DNA of 64,000 nucleotides, taken from the NCBI GenBank assembly GCA_050084515.1, contig CM114271.1, positions 8,556,001 through 8,620,000 of the forward strand, given 5' to 3'. Source of the DNA: Blasia pusilla (lineage: Eukaryota). The notes under the pieces were generated by a model. The model did no database searches. It saw only the letters and a list, made by a program, of their open reading frames with translations, and was not told where the DNA came from. Shown here piece after piece: positions 13,612 through 25,999 of the stretch (its first letter is position 1; the number at the start of each line of letters is the position of its first letter). The position numbers and the translations under genes are program-made.

Positions 13612-15040
13612 ATGGAGACTTGGGAGCCAGATATGGGCCCAAAGTTGACAGGAGGAGAGCGGCGCCGAATACATGAGTTCCTCTGGAGTTATAGGAGTTG
13701 CTTTGCCTTTAGCATGGAGGATTTGGGTACGCTGAAGGGACTAGGGATCCGCATTGAGTTGTCGAGTGATACGCCGATCTTCCGAAGACCCTACACGTAT
13801 AGTGATATGGAGAGGGCTGTGATTTAGAGTAGGAGCCAGGACTTGGTTGGAGCAGGACTAGTGGAGATGTCGGATGGGGAGTATGCATCTGCCACTGTCA
13901 TGCCCGTCAAGAAGGATGTGCATGGCAACTGGACGGATATGCGGATGTGTGGGAATTATCAAACTATCAATCGGCAGACGAAGTCCGATAGGTATGCCAT
14001 GCCCACCCCTGAGGAGATCTTTGATACGATTGGTCATGCAAAGGTTTTGATTCATTGATTTATGAGCCGGATACATCATCACCGCACTATCGATTGGAGG
14101 ACGAGCGTAAGACGGCATCGATCCTCAGGGGAAGGATTGTTTGTACCACTGGCGATTCTTACCATTTCGGTTCAAGAACGTCCCGGATGAGTTTCAAAGG
14201 GTCATGGATAGGATCTTGGCTGGTGTGGATTTTTCTAGGTGTTATATTGATGACATCGTAGTCTTTAGCGCCACGGTTGAGGAGCACGAGCGACATCTCA
14301 GGAGGTGTTTCGACGATTGCAATTACATGGGCTGAAGCTACATCCAGGCAAGTGCAAGTTCTTTTACGACTAGATTGAGTACTTGGGTCATACAAGATAC
14401 CCAATGGGTCTTGGTGTTCAGCAGACAAAGGTAGAGGCTATCTCACGCATTCCACGCCTACAGATATGAGCCGTGTTCGGGCATTCATGGGATTGGAAAA
14501 CTTCTATCGGCGGTACGTCAAGGGATTCAGTTCAATTGCGAGGACGTTGACCTTGCTGACCAAGGTGGATCACGAGTGGCACTGGGGAGATGAGAAGGAG
14601 TGAGCATTTCAGTTGCTCAAGGACAGGTTGACGTGCGCACCCATCTTGAGGAGACCAATCAAGGGGCGTCCTTTCCAATTGCACCCATATTGGAGCATGT
14701 TGGGGCTTGGAGCGGTGCTCACCCAGCATGATGATGAGGGTAGAGAGTTTGTGGTGGCTTACGCTAGCCGCTCAAACAATGTTGGAGAGGTGAAGTATAG
14801 CTCGTATGAGGGTGAGTGCTTGGCTGCGGTGTGGGCTATCGCGCATTTCAGGTGTTACTTATTCGGCAATCCCTTTACCATCATCACTGATCATCAACCA
14901 CTAAAGTGGTTGATGGAGTCCGACAAGCTTACAAGGAAACTTGCGAGATGGGCTTTGTGATTGCAGGATTATGATTTTTAGGTGGTACATAGACCTGGGA
15001 TGCTCAACCAGGATGCATATGGGTTGAGTCGTAACCCATG
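13612..15040 (+). pseudogene. Gypsy RT and RNase H (family M), frameshifted
   Basis: YASATVMPVKK, MRMCGNY, LPFRFKN, CYIDDIVVFS; LGAVLTQ...YSSYEGECLA...TDHQPL. Confidence 0.93.
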
Positions 15041-15379
15041 CCCGAGTCAACAAGATGCGATTGGAGCTCGATGGCATGGAGAGAGTGATGAGGATTCAGT
15101 GCCAGGATGGCACGCGTCGGCCTATTTAGGCATGTTGGCTATGGAGAGCCAGAGTGTGGAGACTTCAATGGCGAGGTCTAGTGGAGAGTCCAACAGATGG
15201 CCGAGATGTTCATGATGATGGAGTAGTCTTGGAGTGCCTTCGTACTGGCAGCGTTGCGAGCACCGTGGGTGCTAGAGAGCGGGATCGGATCCTACAGCGG
15301 GCCAGACGGTTCCGTTGGGAGGGGACACATGTTTTGGGGGTTTGGGAGGATGGAAAAGTACGCGTAGTGCCGTATCCTT

Positions 15380-16500
15380 CGCATAGAGCACGACTAGTGC
15401 AGCATGCCCACGAGGAGTTGGATTACTTTGGGATGAAGCGGACGTACAGCTTGCTCCAGATTCAGTATTGGTGGCGAGGCTTGCAGACTGACGTTCAACA
15501 GTTTGTTGCCAGGTGCATGGTGTGTGATCGGGTCCGAGCATCGTTCAATGCTCCAACTCCACAGTTGCATCCATTACCGATCTTGGGCTTAGGGTATAGA
15601 TGGAGATTGTATTTTGCAAGACCTTTGCCTTTGACGGAGCGTCACAGTCGTTATGTGTTGGTGATGGTCGAGCACTTCTCGAAGTGGATCGAGTTGGTTG
15701 CATTGCTTGACAAAGCGAGTGAGGGAGTAGCTTATGCCTTCCTTGAAAGAGTGTTGAGTCATTATGGCGCACCAGCTGAGGTGTTGACAGACTAGGGTAT
15801 TGAGTTTTGCAGTGAGTTCCAGGCCTTGTGTGATCAGGCGTTGATCGACCATCGCACGACTTTGTGAGATCATCCTGAGGCGGATGGATTAGCGGAGAGA
15901 GTTGTGCAGACCGTGAAGAGGGGTTTATGCAAGTATGGCTTGCAGAGAGGTCACCTAGGAGATTGGGACCTCCAGTTGCCCTGGTTGGCGATGGGATACA
16001 GATTCAGCATGCAAGCATCCTTAGCGTCTTTTTCCCCATACTTGCTACTTTATGGCTGAGAGCCAGATTTACCTGCAGCCATTCGTCGAGATGCTGGTGA
16101 GGTGTTGGACCTTGATGACCTAGATGTATGGATACGAGCATATTCTCAGAGGGCTAAGTTGTTTCGGAGAGTGATGCCCATGGTGTTCGAGAACTTGGCG
16201 ATTGCGCAGCATCGAGATACGTTGAGGTATGCGACTATTCGGGATGGTGGTTATCGACCAACTATCTCGAGGTTTCATCAAGAAGATTATGTCTACTTGC
16301 AGCAGACGGCACCCACGACGTTGGATGTGACTGTAGGGCGCACTATCTTGAGAGTGCATGACGTTTTTCCATCCAATGTTCTCTTGCTGGAGGGACACGA
16401 TGGTATGGTATGGAAGGACCATGTGCGTAATTGTGCGTCATGTCACCTTCCTAACATTGATGGTACAGTAGATCCGAGCTTAGCAGTAGTTTCTGCAGGC
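15380..16500 (+). pseudogene. Integrase (family M)
   Basis: H...YWW...CMVC zinc finger; VMVEHFSKW; VLTD; HPEADGLAER. Confidence 0.9.
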
Positions 16501-16647
16501 TTGCGTTGTATGTTGTGTGGTTCTGCCCGTGGTACAGCCACGATGCTAGTCCGTGATGGATGTTCGTGAGGTTGGCGTATGGCATGTCTGACGCCACCTC
16601 TCACTAGGATTCCTCGGGGACAATGGATGTGTCCTAGATATACATAG
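16501..16647 (+). pseudogene. C-terminal PHD finger of pol, degenerate
   Basis: Read through TGA: CMLCGSARGTATMLV(R)DGCS*GW(R)MACLTPPLTRIPRGQWMCPR(Y)T*, which has C4HC3 spacing and the PHD L.PPL..IP.G.W.CP signature. Confidence 0.85.
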
Positions 16648-16833
16648 AGGAGATACTAGGTAGGTTTTGATTCCAACTTTTTCTGTGATATGGATGACAG
16701 AAAGGCGACTAAGGATGGGGCCACATGAGCACCCGGCCTTCTTGCTCTTAGCGTCCGAGAGATGTATGTCATGGTAGGTAGGGATAGATGGCTATCTGGA
16801 GTTAGAGGGACCTAACCACCAGCTAGGGGGGCG

Positions 16834-17601
16834 ATTGGAGATATTTTAGTACTTCTTGTCTCCTTATTTGGATGCCATGAGTTAGCATGGGATCGTGTGT
16901 GTTTGTGTGTGTGTTCGGTGACAGCGATGTATGTTGTGTAGCAATGTGTATGCGCACGACAGTTGTCACGTCTAGGATAGATCGGTGAGATCTAGTAGAG
17001 CGCCTTCGTGAGTAGTGGAGGACACACTCAATAGGTCGAGGATGACCTGTTGAAGCCCCGAGAAACTTGAGAGAGCAGGTTTCCCCTTCGTTTTGGCTCA
17101 TTTGGAGTCATATTGAGGAACTTACTATTTTAGGTAAGTACCATCTTGAGTATATGATCGACTTTGTATTTTTGGTAAGTGGCCCTTGACCTCCTACATC
17201 AAGTCAAGAGCCAAGGAGGTGACTTGGGAGAATAGGTTATCATGGAGAGAGCTTGCCAGAGGGGAGGGGTATACCTCAAGGAGAGAGAGCTTGAGAGCTC
17301 ATTCTCTGTTTGTTGAACTTCTTGGCATGAGGCGGCGGAGCTATGGTCCCTTGCCTTGTGAGTGTAACCCGAGCCTCTCATTAGGAGAGTGGGTTTGGTT
17401 TAACATGAGAGAGAGTGCACACCTTTGAGAGCTATGGTGTGAGATGGTGTAGAGAGAAATTGGATCTTACTTTATTGGAGATATTTTAGTACTTCTTGTC
17501 TCGTTGTTTGGATGCCATGAGTTAGCATGGGATCATGCGTGTTTGTGTGTGTGCTCGGTGACAGCGATGTATGTTGTGTAGCGATGTGTATGCGCACGAC
17601 A
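16834..17601 (+). repeat. 3' LTR (16964-17601) preceded by a 128-bp duplicate of its own 3' end (16834-16961)
   Basis: Near-identical 128-bp direct repeats at 16834-16961 and 17474-17601; junction GACA-gt-TGTC. Confidence 0.8.
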
Positions 17602-19290
17602 AGGACTTAGTAGGGAACTCTGTCTATAAAATTCAGAGGCTTGTATGCTTTACAGAGTACCACCCACTTCACCAGTGGAACGAGTTTTCTTACACAATCT
17701 TGTTGCGCAATATCTCCTTCAAATATGAGTCCAAAATATTGAGTCTTGTATCACTAGCATGGACTTACCTGCATGAGTGTATTCATAGGAAAATATTCCG
17801 CCATGAATCATGCATTGTTGATGAAATTCAAAGGCATGCAACTTGTAACCTTTGGACCCAAGTTCATGCCACTAAAATCATATCGAAGGCAATGGAGGTT
17901 ATTGGACCTCATATGAAATTTGAGCTATGTATTAAGTCCATTCCTGCTGTTAGTACACCATCTACCCAAGAAGGCAGAACCAACAAGTTTACAAATGAGC
18001 CAGATCTTTCACTGCATTTATTGAATGTTGAACAACATGATCTATACCATAAGATCCAAGATCTATCCTCTGGTTTAGTGTTGATCACCGTCCCACCAAG
18101 TTGTGGTAAGACATTCTTTACACATTTCATGCAGTCATACTGGTCGAGTCTCTTTGTTCCCACGTTGCTCCCTGCTACAACAGGAATTGTTGCACTTCGG
18201 CTGCACAACACTGTTGTCACTGTTCATTCAGCATTTGTTATACCAATAATGGGCGACTTACCTTCCATGCATACAACCTCAGACCAATACATGTGCTTAA
18301 GAGACGCAAAAATTATCATTATAGATGAGTGTTCCATGCTAACGCCCCGCATGCTACAGATTGTTGCCCTAAGGTTGCATCAGGTGTCTCCGTCATCCAG
18401 CCTTAGCCCTTTCTTGACTAAACTTGTAATCTTATTAGGTGATCTCTGCCAGTTATCCCCCATATGCCGCCACAACAAAGGCCCTATCTGCTATTTTTGT
18501 CACATTTCTTCCTCACCATTCTACCCTACTATGGAAATATATACCCTTGCCACACCAATGAGGCATGTTGATGACCATGAATTCCTAAGTTTCTTGTCTC
18601 ACATATGAAGGGATTTACAAACAAAGGACTTGATAGATAGTTGTCTTGGTAGGTGCTTTGTTGATGAAAATACCGCCTCTGATTATATAGGCAAAAACAT
18701 TCATATTATTTGTACACACCGTATCGATGTCCAATTATTCAACCTTATTGCACTTCGCATACTATTTGGCGCAGTTGAGATCTTCCCAATACATGTAACC
18801 ACATATGCTCCTCCCGATCCACACTTTAACGAATGGATATCCGATACTCAATTTCATGAGTTGCAATTTTTAGCTATTGGTTGCACAGTATTGCTCACAA
18901 CAAACATTGACATGCCAAGTCAAGCTACGAACGATGCACAAGCTACCGTTCTAGATTGTACGTACAAACAAGATGACCTTATTGCTATAATAGTGAGCAT
19001 CCACTCAAGCTGCGCTACTGTCCGGCTTACCCAAACAATGTTTGCTACTCTAAGATGCGGAGCCAACGAGAAATACCACAAACATACATTTTCCCTAGTT
19101 CTTGGCTATACCATGACAAGACACAAGAGTCAAGGCCTCACAATCAAAGGCAAGTGCCTACTCAACATCAGATCATCGTTTGCACCTGGGCTAACTTATG
19201 TAATGCTATCTAGAGTCCAAAGTAGGTCACAACTACAAATCCTCGGTAACCTACACCCTGAGGATTTCAAGGTCTTTAATCAGCAGAGTC
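17602..19290 (+). pseudogene. Helitron-type PIF1 helicase relic
   Basis: Degenerate Walker A (VPPSCGKT), ATTGIVA..TVHSAF, IIIDECSML, LLGDLCQLSPI, MRH, TRHKSQGLT and YVMLSRV in ORFs 17571-18608 and 18630-19508, separated by a stop; upstream YTILL...TYLHEC resembles the RepHel linker. Confidence 0.88.
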
Positions 19291-22200
19291 ATGGCAATTG
19301 TTTAGTGGGTGCTAGAACAATGGAAATCAAAGATGGTTCACTAAGAAGACGTGCAAGGATGTCAAGTCTACCAGCTAGCGCCTCATCTGTACCAGACATT
19401 GTTGGAAAATTAAGTGCGACACCACATTCTGCTCCCATCTTGCTTAGCGATAGTGGTTCAGATGATTACCATAAGCCTACTCTGAATATGCAAGGTGTTA
19501 AGCCATAGTTTGATCAACACATTCATCAAGAGACTTAGGTTTGTACAAGCATTTCTGTGCAATAATTATGTTTTCGGTGTTATCAATAGGCTGAACTGAA
19601 AATAACACCTTCAGTTACCAAAGTCCTATCGACTTTGCAAAGATGATACTCGATGACATGCCTACCTTACCCGAAAAGCCCACTGTTCAATTTGTACCAC
19701 CAACCGATGCACAACTTTGATATGCAAACAACCTTGGGTTATACCACTCCCATTATTATAGAGGAATCACAAGCCGTCTCATTAGCCACATGATAGACCA
19801 ACGCAAATCGTGGGCAGCTTCATTCAGGGAATTAAGAACGCAGCCACTAGTCACAGGTACTTATTTCACTCAACTGCTTTTTAGCTATGTTGTTGTAAGA
19901 GCTTTTTCTGTGCATCTATCTAAATTTCTCTGACAATATACTACGCACACTCAGGGATACAAAAGGAGATCATGGCTCACAAGCTGGGTTGAGTTCAATG
20001 AATCAGAGCTTACACACCAACAAGTTGTAGTAAATTATGCAAGATTTACTTGAGGAATAAAGCCCGATCAGTTCTAGGATCTTTGTGTTATCATGAAGCT
20101 CCCTCTTGAAATGTTGATAAGTCTGTCGTCCGCAAAGACTGCCCACCTTCTTGACAGTATAAAAATAGCCCGGGAAGCTGGAGCAATTTCTGAGTACCCA
20201 TCTGATGCAACTTAAATTTTTCCTTCGTCACATTCAACTTCTTCTTCACAATATACAGATGATCTCCTACCTGTTCACTGTCTCCAGCCTCATTTTTATA
20301 GCGAGGGCACTTCATACCAAGGTTTGAAACTGCCAAAATCGCCGAGTAAACGACAGTGCCTTTGACAATTATGTGGCCATGTAAGTGTAAATTGTAAAGG
20401 TGATTCCACTTATCGCCTCTCTGCTCTTCTTCTTGAGACACTTACTTTCGCTCTAATTCTCACCCATTTATTGTATTTCATTGTTTGAACCAGGTATGCA
20501 ACTTCGGCAAGAAGAATTCACAAAATCCTCACCAGTATTGAACCTTGCTTGCTTTTTGCTACGCTTTCTTGAGAGGCAGATCCTCTCTCTCCATGCATTC
20601 AGATCCTTAAATTTTCATGCTCAAGTGCATGAGTCATTTTAGAAGTCGTTACATGGCTAGGCATTGTCTTAGAACTGATTCTGCATTATATGCACACCTA
20701 CATGGTGTCCAATTTTTGCTACCCAATTTCGGTCATATTTTGCGACATGTGTGTAATGTGATTTGCAGTGGTTGTTCCTACATGCTGAGCCCATCTCCAG
20801 CCTTGGCAACTTCTATGCAAGCATATGTTCATTTTCATGAATAAAAACCCCGTTGTCATTGTCTTGTTTAACTGTGTGCACTTTACTTTTTCAAGTACGT
20901 TAATTTCCTGTCTTGAGTCTTCATTGCTTCATGTGCTATACAGAAATGCACGACTGGTGTTTAATCACATGTACATCTTCTATTCGACACATGTTTGAGT
21001 TTAGCAGCATATACACATTTTCCATGTTACTTCCCACTTGTCTTGTGATGTTGTTTTACAAGGGAAAAACTGCAGGCGGAAGCCAAACAAGTACCTACCG
21101 TACTCCTGTCTCGCACAACAATGCAACTCGCAACAGACAACGAAATCGACGCCGCTCAATCAACATAGAGGTTGAGCTGCCAGCCATGGGCGACCCTATA
21201 TACTGCAGCGATAGTATCCCAATATCGTTATTTGATGCTGTACTAAAAAAACATAGGTATTGTTCAAGATCGCCTAGATGAATCTGAGGAACATAATGAT
21301 ATTCTACGCACTGTTATGCATTCGGTAGCGGATGACGGCAAGTACAATGTAGAGTAGTACCAAGTCAAGTCAGTTCAGAAAAAGCTACTCCTACTTCAAA
21401 AACATTTCCTGGACAACTATAGTTGTAATTCTGACCTCCATAGCTTTATTTCAGATTTGCAAGGCTTGTGTGAAGGCAAGAAGCCTGGTCCTATGTAAAA
21501 ATATAGTTTCAGCATTGTTGCTCATGCAAAAGTTAGCTCTCCTTCACTTATGTAGACTTATGTAGACTTATACATACGTTCATAATTGTCTATTCCTCTC
21601 TAAATCTGTGGCTGCCGAGTATGCCGTCAGGTTCACAAACTTGAGATACTTGTGGCTAGTGCCACCATGTTATCTTCCATGTGTTTTTGAGTATGAGCTT
21701 GCCTACATAATCTGAAGCGTTTACAGCTCATCTGATGTTCTCGTGCAATGCTAGAATGTTTGATTACACCACAACCTGTTGCGTGCCAATCATCTCTGTT
21801 TGTTTGCCTTGGTTTTACTTTGAGATCTGCTTACTTTACTTGCAACCTTTGATTTCATAGAAACCACTTGCACACATTCCACTTTATACACACATTTAAC
21901 AAGCACTTTGCAATCATCATCTTACTGAACTTAATTGTTGGCTTTCACATGTCGGCCTGTAATAGCTATGTTTACTAACAATAGATTGCATTTTTATAAC
22001 AAAGCTTGCTCATTGGTTGCATTGCACAGTGTGCATTGCCAGGCCGCATACTTGTGAAGGATCGGTTTGTTTCGCTGCATTATTCGTTAGAAAATTGGTC
22101 TGGTCACAAGGGTGAGGTTGATACGACCACTCACACATGCAATCCGGCTCGTCAATGGATAAATGTCACCTAGGGCCAGATCGCATGCATGGCCTCACGG

Positions 22201-23208
22201 GTTGCACCAGTCACTTTTTCTCCATCGGATAATACAATGGCTCATTTTATGATAAAAATTGTTGAGTTATCTCATTTTCAGGCAAATAATATCATCAAGA
22301 CCCCGCGGTCAGAATGATACTACTACACCAATAGGATGCAGGCCATAGGATGTAAGGTCCAAACTGGAAAGAACTTTTCATTTCCAGAACTTGTCATCCG
22401 GGAAGACCCCAACCCTACGTTCATCCTCCGATAATAATCTTAAAAGGACAACCTTGGTACCTTGTAATTATGGTTTCCAGCTTATGATTCTGTTACAAGT
22501 CCTGAATTGGGTTTTGGCTATGGTAGAGCCTGTTCTCCAGGCAGGTAGGGTGACTGCATATAAGACAGCCAGGACCACCTTAACATACCGTTTCTCCCTA
22601 CAGGGCCAAACCACCCTTGCCTTGAGTGGCATTAACAGGGGATGTGTCCAATGTCTCCTAACAGTCAAACATGAGGCCCAGCTGTATGACATGCTGTGGA
22701 CTACAAAATTTACAGAGGACAACATGTCCATTTACTCCAGACTGGGAGATGACAAACTAACATGACTTCAAGAAAAACCATCACCCATCAGGGTAAAGCA
22801 CATGCAGAGCTCCAGGTCACAGGTATTCAACAATAGTTTCCACGTAGATTGGCAAAGACATAAAAAAAAGCATGACATTAAGATTTGTAATGTACAAAGA
22901 AAATATAGCTCCTACATTACTAATTATCATGTCTGATACCTACGTGGGCATATATGTTCAGGCTCCTACACCTACACGCTCTTAAAATCTGATACACCGC
23001 TTCAAAGGGACTCACCGGGCTGTTCCATGACATTTATAAATTGTATAAAGCCAGAAAATCCTCCTGTGAGGTAAGAAACCAGCTGTGGGCCTCTTCCTCG
23101 TCCGTGTCCAATCCCGTGGTTGTGTATGCTGATCGTTATGGGAGGAGTAAATCTCCAATGAAGCCGGAAGTAATTTTAAACGAAGACATTAAACGAAGAC
23201 CAGTCTAC

Positions 23209-23748
23209 CTAGTGCAAAAATGATGCCTGGTAGGCAGGTGGGGGAGGTGGGAGACCACTTCCAAACTGGTAACTACTATATGTGGCAGAAGGATTGCTAT
23301 ATCCACCTGAGCCATAAACAGGTGAACCTAAACCCTCTGCAGAGTAAAGATACGAGCTAGAAAGCGAAACAGGACTGCGACTTCCACCAGTATAGGTGGC
23401 GGAGTATCCCCCTTGGGCTCGCCTGTCGTAGTTGCTTTGGGCGGCAAGGCTGTAAGAAGAGACGCCAACACCACCTGCATACTGGCCCCTCTCAGAACCA
23501 CGGTAGTAGTTCCTTTCCTGGGCGGCTGAGCCTCCTCCATAGCCACCTCCACTGCCACCACTAGCTCTGGGACGTTTAGTTTGAGCTTTCACAGCAACGG
23601 CAGCTCGCTTCCTATCTGACTTTGCTTTCTCTAGTTGTGCCACACGCTTCTGCAATGGAGCAGAAGGATACTGACTCTCAAGTTGGTATTCCTCGATACA
23701 TTTTAGAACTGCTTTCAGTGCGCCAAGTTCCTTCATGGTAGCGTCATT
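23209..23748 (-). CDS. FRL: FRIGIDA-like protein, exon 3
   Basis: AG acceptor at 23750-23749; KELGALKAVLKCIEEYQLES...LQKRVAQLEKAK FRIGIDA C-terminal motif; G/Y/S-rich tail; TAG stop. Confidence 0.92.
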   Translation of the reverse strand, partial: NDATMKELGALKAVLKCIEEYQLESQYPSAPLQKRVAQLEKAKSDRKRAAVAVKAQTKRPRASGGSGGGYGGGSAAQERNYYRGSERGQYAGGVGVSSYSLAAQSNYDRRAQGGYSATYTGGSRSPVSLSSSYLYSAEGLGSPVYGSGGYSNPSATYSSYQFGSGLPPPPPAYQASFLH

Positions 23749-23857
23749 CTGAAGGAGACAATTCAGGACGTACTGTTAGAACCCGATGCTAGAATCAGGT
23801 GGTAAAAAAAATTAGGACACAATCGTCTAAAAATTTACTGATACTTGGGGGAAGTAC

Positions 23858-24033
23858 CTGTGCTGCTGCAGAACTATTCCCATTCTTCAGTATATTTTGT
23901 GCTGTCTTTCGAGCTTCTTTAAGGTAAGCCTTTAAAAGGGGCACAGGCTGCACACGATCCATAATTCCGAATGAATGGGCGAAAGACAAAGCTTCAATTT
24001 GTTTGCCTTCTTTGGCCAACCTGTCCACCACAT
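23858..24033 (-). CDS. FRL: FRIGIDA-like protein, exon 2
   Basis: AG/GT boundaries with consistent phase; DVVDRLAKEGKQIEAL...PVPLLKAYLKEARK. Confidence 0.92.
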
Positions 24034-24759
24034 CTGTCGACACACACAGAGAAAATTAAGGCCTAAGACCGAGACAGTCTACATATCGACTTGGCCCACT
24101 ACGTTTCATGCGACGCCCCATCATAGAGAGCAAGAGGGAGGAAGAAGAATGAGAGGCGTGGGGGTATGCTGAGAGGAGGACGACGAGGAGGTAGTGGGAG
24201 GATACAAGGGTGGCGATGGTTATCAAGCACCTGGGTGGACAAGCGGAGCTCTTTGGAAGATTTGCTTACCTTGCCTCTACAGAGTGCAATCAAGACAACA
24301 TTCCAGTAAAATGCTTTCTGCGACTCCGCACTAACCTCATACCTCGTTAGCTTAAATCTGAAACGGTTCTCGACTCAAGGAGGGAGGAGGAAAGAATGAT
24401 CATCTTCCAAGTGCTAAAGGAGACACTCTTGACCTCTGTGCAGCGAAAATCAAGGGATCCCAATAGTGCCTCAGAGAAGCCTAGGACTCTAAGGCTACAA
24501 AACTTCCAACGAGTCAGATCTGTTCTTAGGAACAGCACACTTACAACATGAGTGTCAAGGAACAGGATTGCCAGGAGACAGCGTTGCTGTAAGATGTAAG
24601 CTATAATTCAAGCATAAAATAGGGAAAATTAATACGCCAGCCCAACATGGATCAGCATGCTACAGATCCTCATCAGGGAAAGCCAAGAGGGGCAATCCAG
24701 AGAGTGGCCCAGCATGTGCCTCGGCCTCGACTTAAGGCCGACTTGAAAGGGACACCAAC

Positions 24760-25990
24760 CTGGTATCTTGGCCGACAGTCCAAGGGACCGGCAGAGCGCA
24801 GGTGACTGCCTGCGCCGCGCAACAGCAGTGACGAGTTTGCACAGCTCATCATCATTATACTCCGAAGCAATACCAAAAGTTGCCAGTAGCTGTAGAAAAG
24901 CCTGAGCATCCAAAGAATTGCCAGACGAGGCATCTCCATGGATTGTCATCTTGGACCTCCATTGGTCTGCGACTTCCTTGGCCGACTCCTTGATATTGGA
25001 GGGCACCACGGGGTGATCCGCTCCTAGTTCAGGATCAGCCAACACCACAGCAAGGCACTCCAGAAGGAGAATGCAAGCACGGCGATTAGCCGATGCTCCT
25101 GATTCCTTCTTGTCTGCCCCTTGGTTGCTTGCGATGGTCCCTGGCTCTGGGTGGTGGTAGCCATCCAACGCACTAAGGACCAAGCGTGCAGGGTCAATCG
25201 CACACTGAAGTGCAGAGGGCAGTTCAGCGCGTAAGGCACCAACATCTTTCCGATGGTCGACGATATACTTTCTCAGCCCATCACCATCCATATTCTCGCA
25301 CAGTGACTTAAGCTGTGGACGCACTCTCACCTCGGGCACTACTGCTTTCAGAGCGGGAGTGCCAGCAGTATCGGTCTTGCCAGCATCCTTGCTAGCGGCA
25401 CCGTTAGCCGCTTCCTCTTTAACAGAGACAGTTACAGTTGCAACGGGAGCTCCAGAAGGCTTTGGCGATGCAACATCTACCTCCATGGCCATAGCACTAC
25501 TAGGGCCGTTTGCTGCCACGGGGGTTTCTGCCTTGATGGTTTCAGCTGCATGATTGACAGCGGGCGTCTCAATAATGGCGTTCTGAGCGGCCTTAGCAGC
25601 GGCTTCAGCTTCAAGCCGTGATCGTTCTTCCAACCACTTGCGTTTCTCCTCGAAAATAGCTGCAATAGCAGAGTCTTTCTGTTCTTGCACACGAGACAAT
25701 GATGCTTGCTCTCTGGCGGAAACGGCCTCTTCCCGTTTGTCAAGGGCCTCTTGTGTTTCTTTGGTTTTGGCCTCAAAAGACTTCTCCTTCGCAGCCAGAT
25801 CTTCCAAACGCTTCTGCACGGCTATTTCAACTTCTGCAAAGTGTTCTTCGAGCTCTTTCCATTCAACAGTGCAGCTTGCCAAAGCAGCTCTCTGAGTCTC
25901 AAGATCGTTAAAGGCTTTCTGCAGCCGTTCCTTCCTTTCAGGAACCGACTCCATGGCTACAGCAAGAGGATCCTCTGTTACTGCCGTCAT
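24760..25990 (-). CDS. FRL: FRIGIDA-like protein, exon 1 (spliced CDS 1947 nt, 648 aa)
   Basis: ATG 25990; N-terminal coiled coil; LKSLCENMDGDGL, DPARLVLSAL, RRACILLLE, AQAFLQLLATFGI; GT donor at 24759. Confidence 0.93.
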
Positions 25991-25999
25991 GCGTCGACA

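Larger units (their letters stand above)
9978..17601 (+). mobile_element. Ty3/gypsy retrotransposon, family M, carrying a DNMT3-like methyltransferase and a PHD finger; 5' LTR missing
   Basis: Collinear gag, protease, C5-MTase, RT, RNase H, integrase and PHD; PPT at 16825-16834; LTR 16964-17601 with TGTC...GACA termini. Confidence 0.93.

Noticed and set aside
16834-17601. Independent TRIM with 128-bp LTRs
   Set aside because: No TSD, PBS or internal PPT, and the interior matches LTR-like fragments elsewhere in the window
17571-19508. Functional host PIF1 gene
   Set aside because: In-frame stop, degenerate Walker A and motif V/VI residues, and the ORF start lies inside an LTR
22175-22211. 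Helitron 3' terminus (…cacggg…ccag|t)
   Set aside because: Hairpin too degenerate and the end is CCAG rather than CTRR
24629-24759. C-terminal part of the 453-aa ORF as coding sequence
   Set aside because: Read-through into intron 1 past the GT donor at 24759
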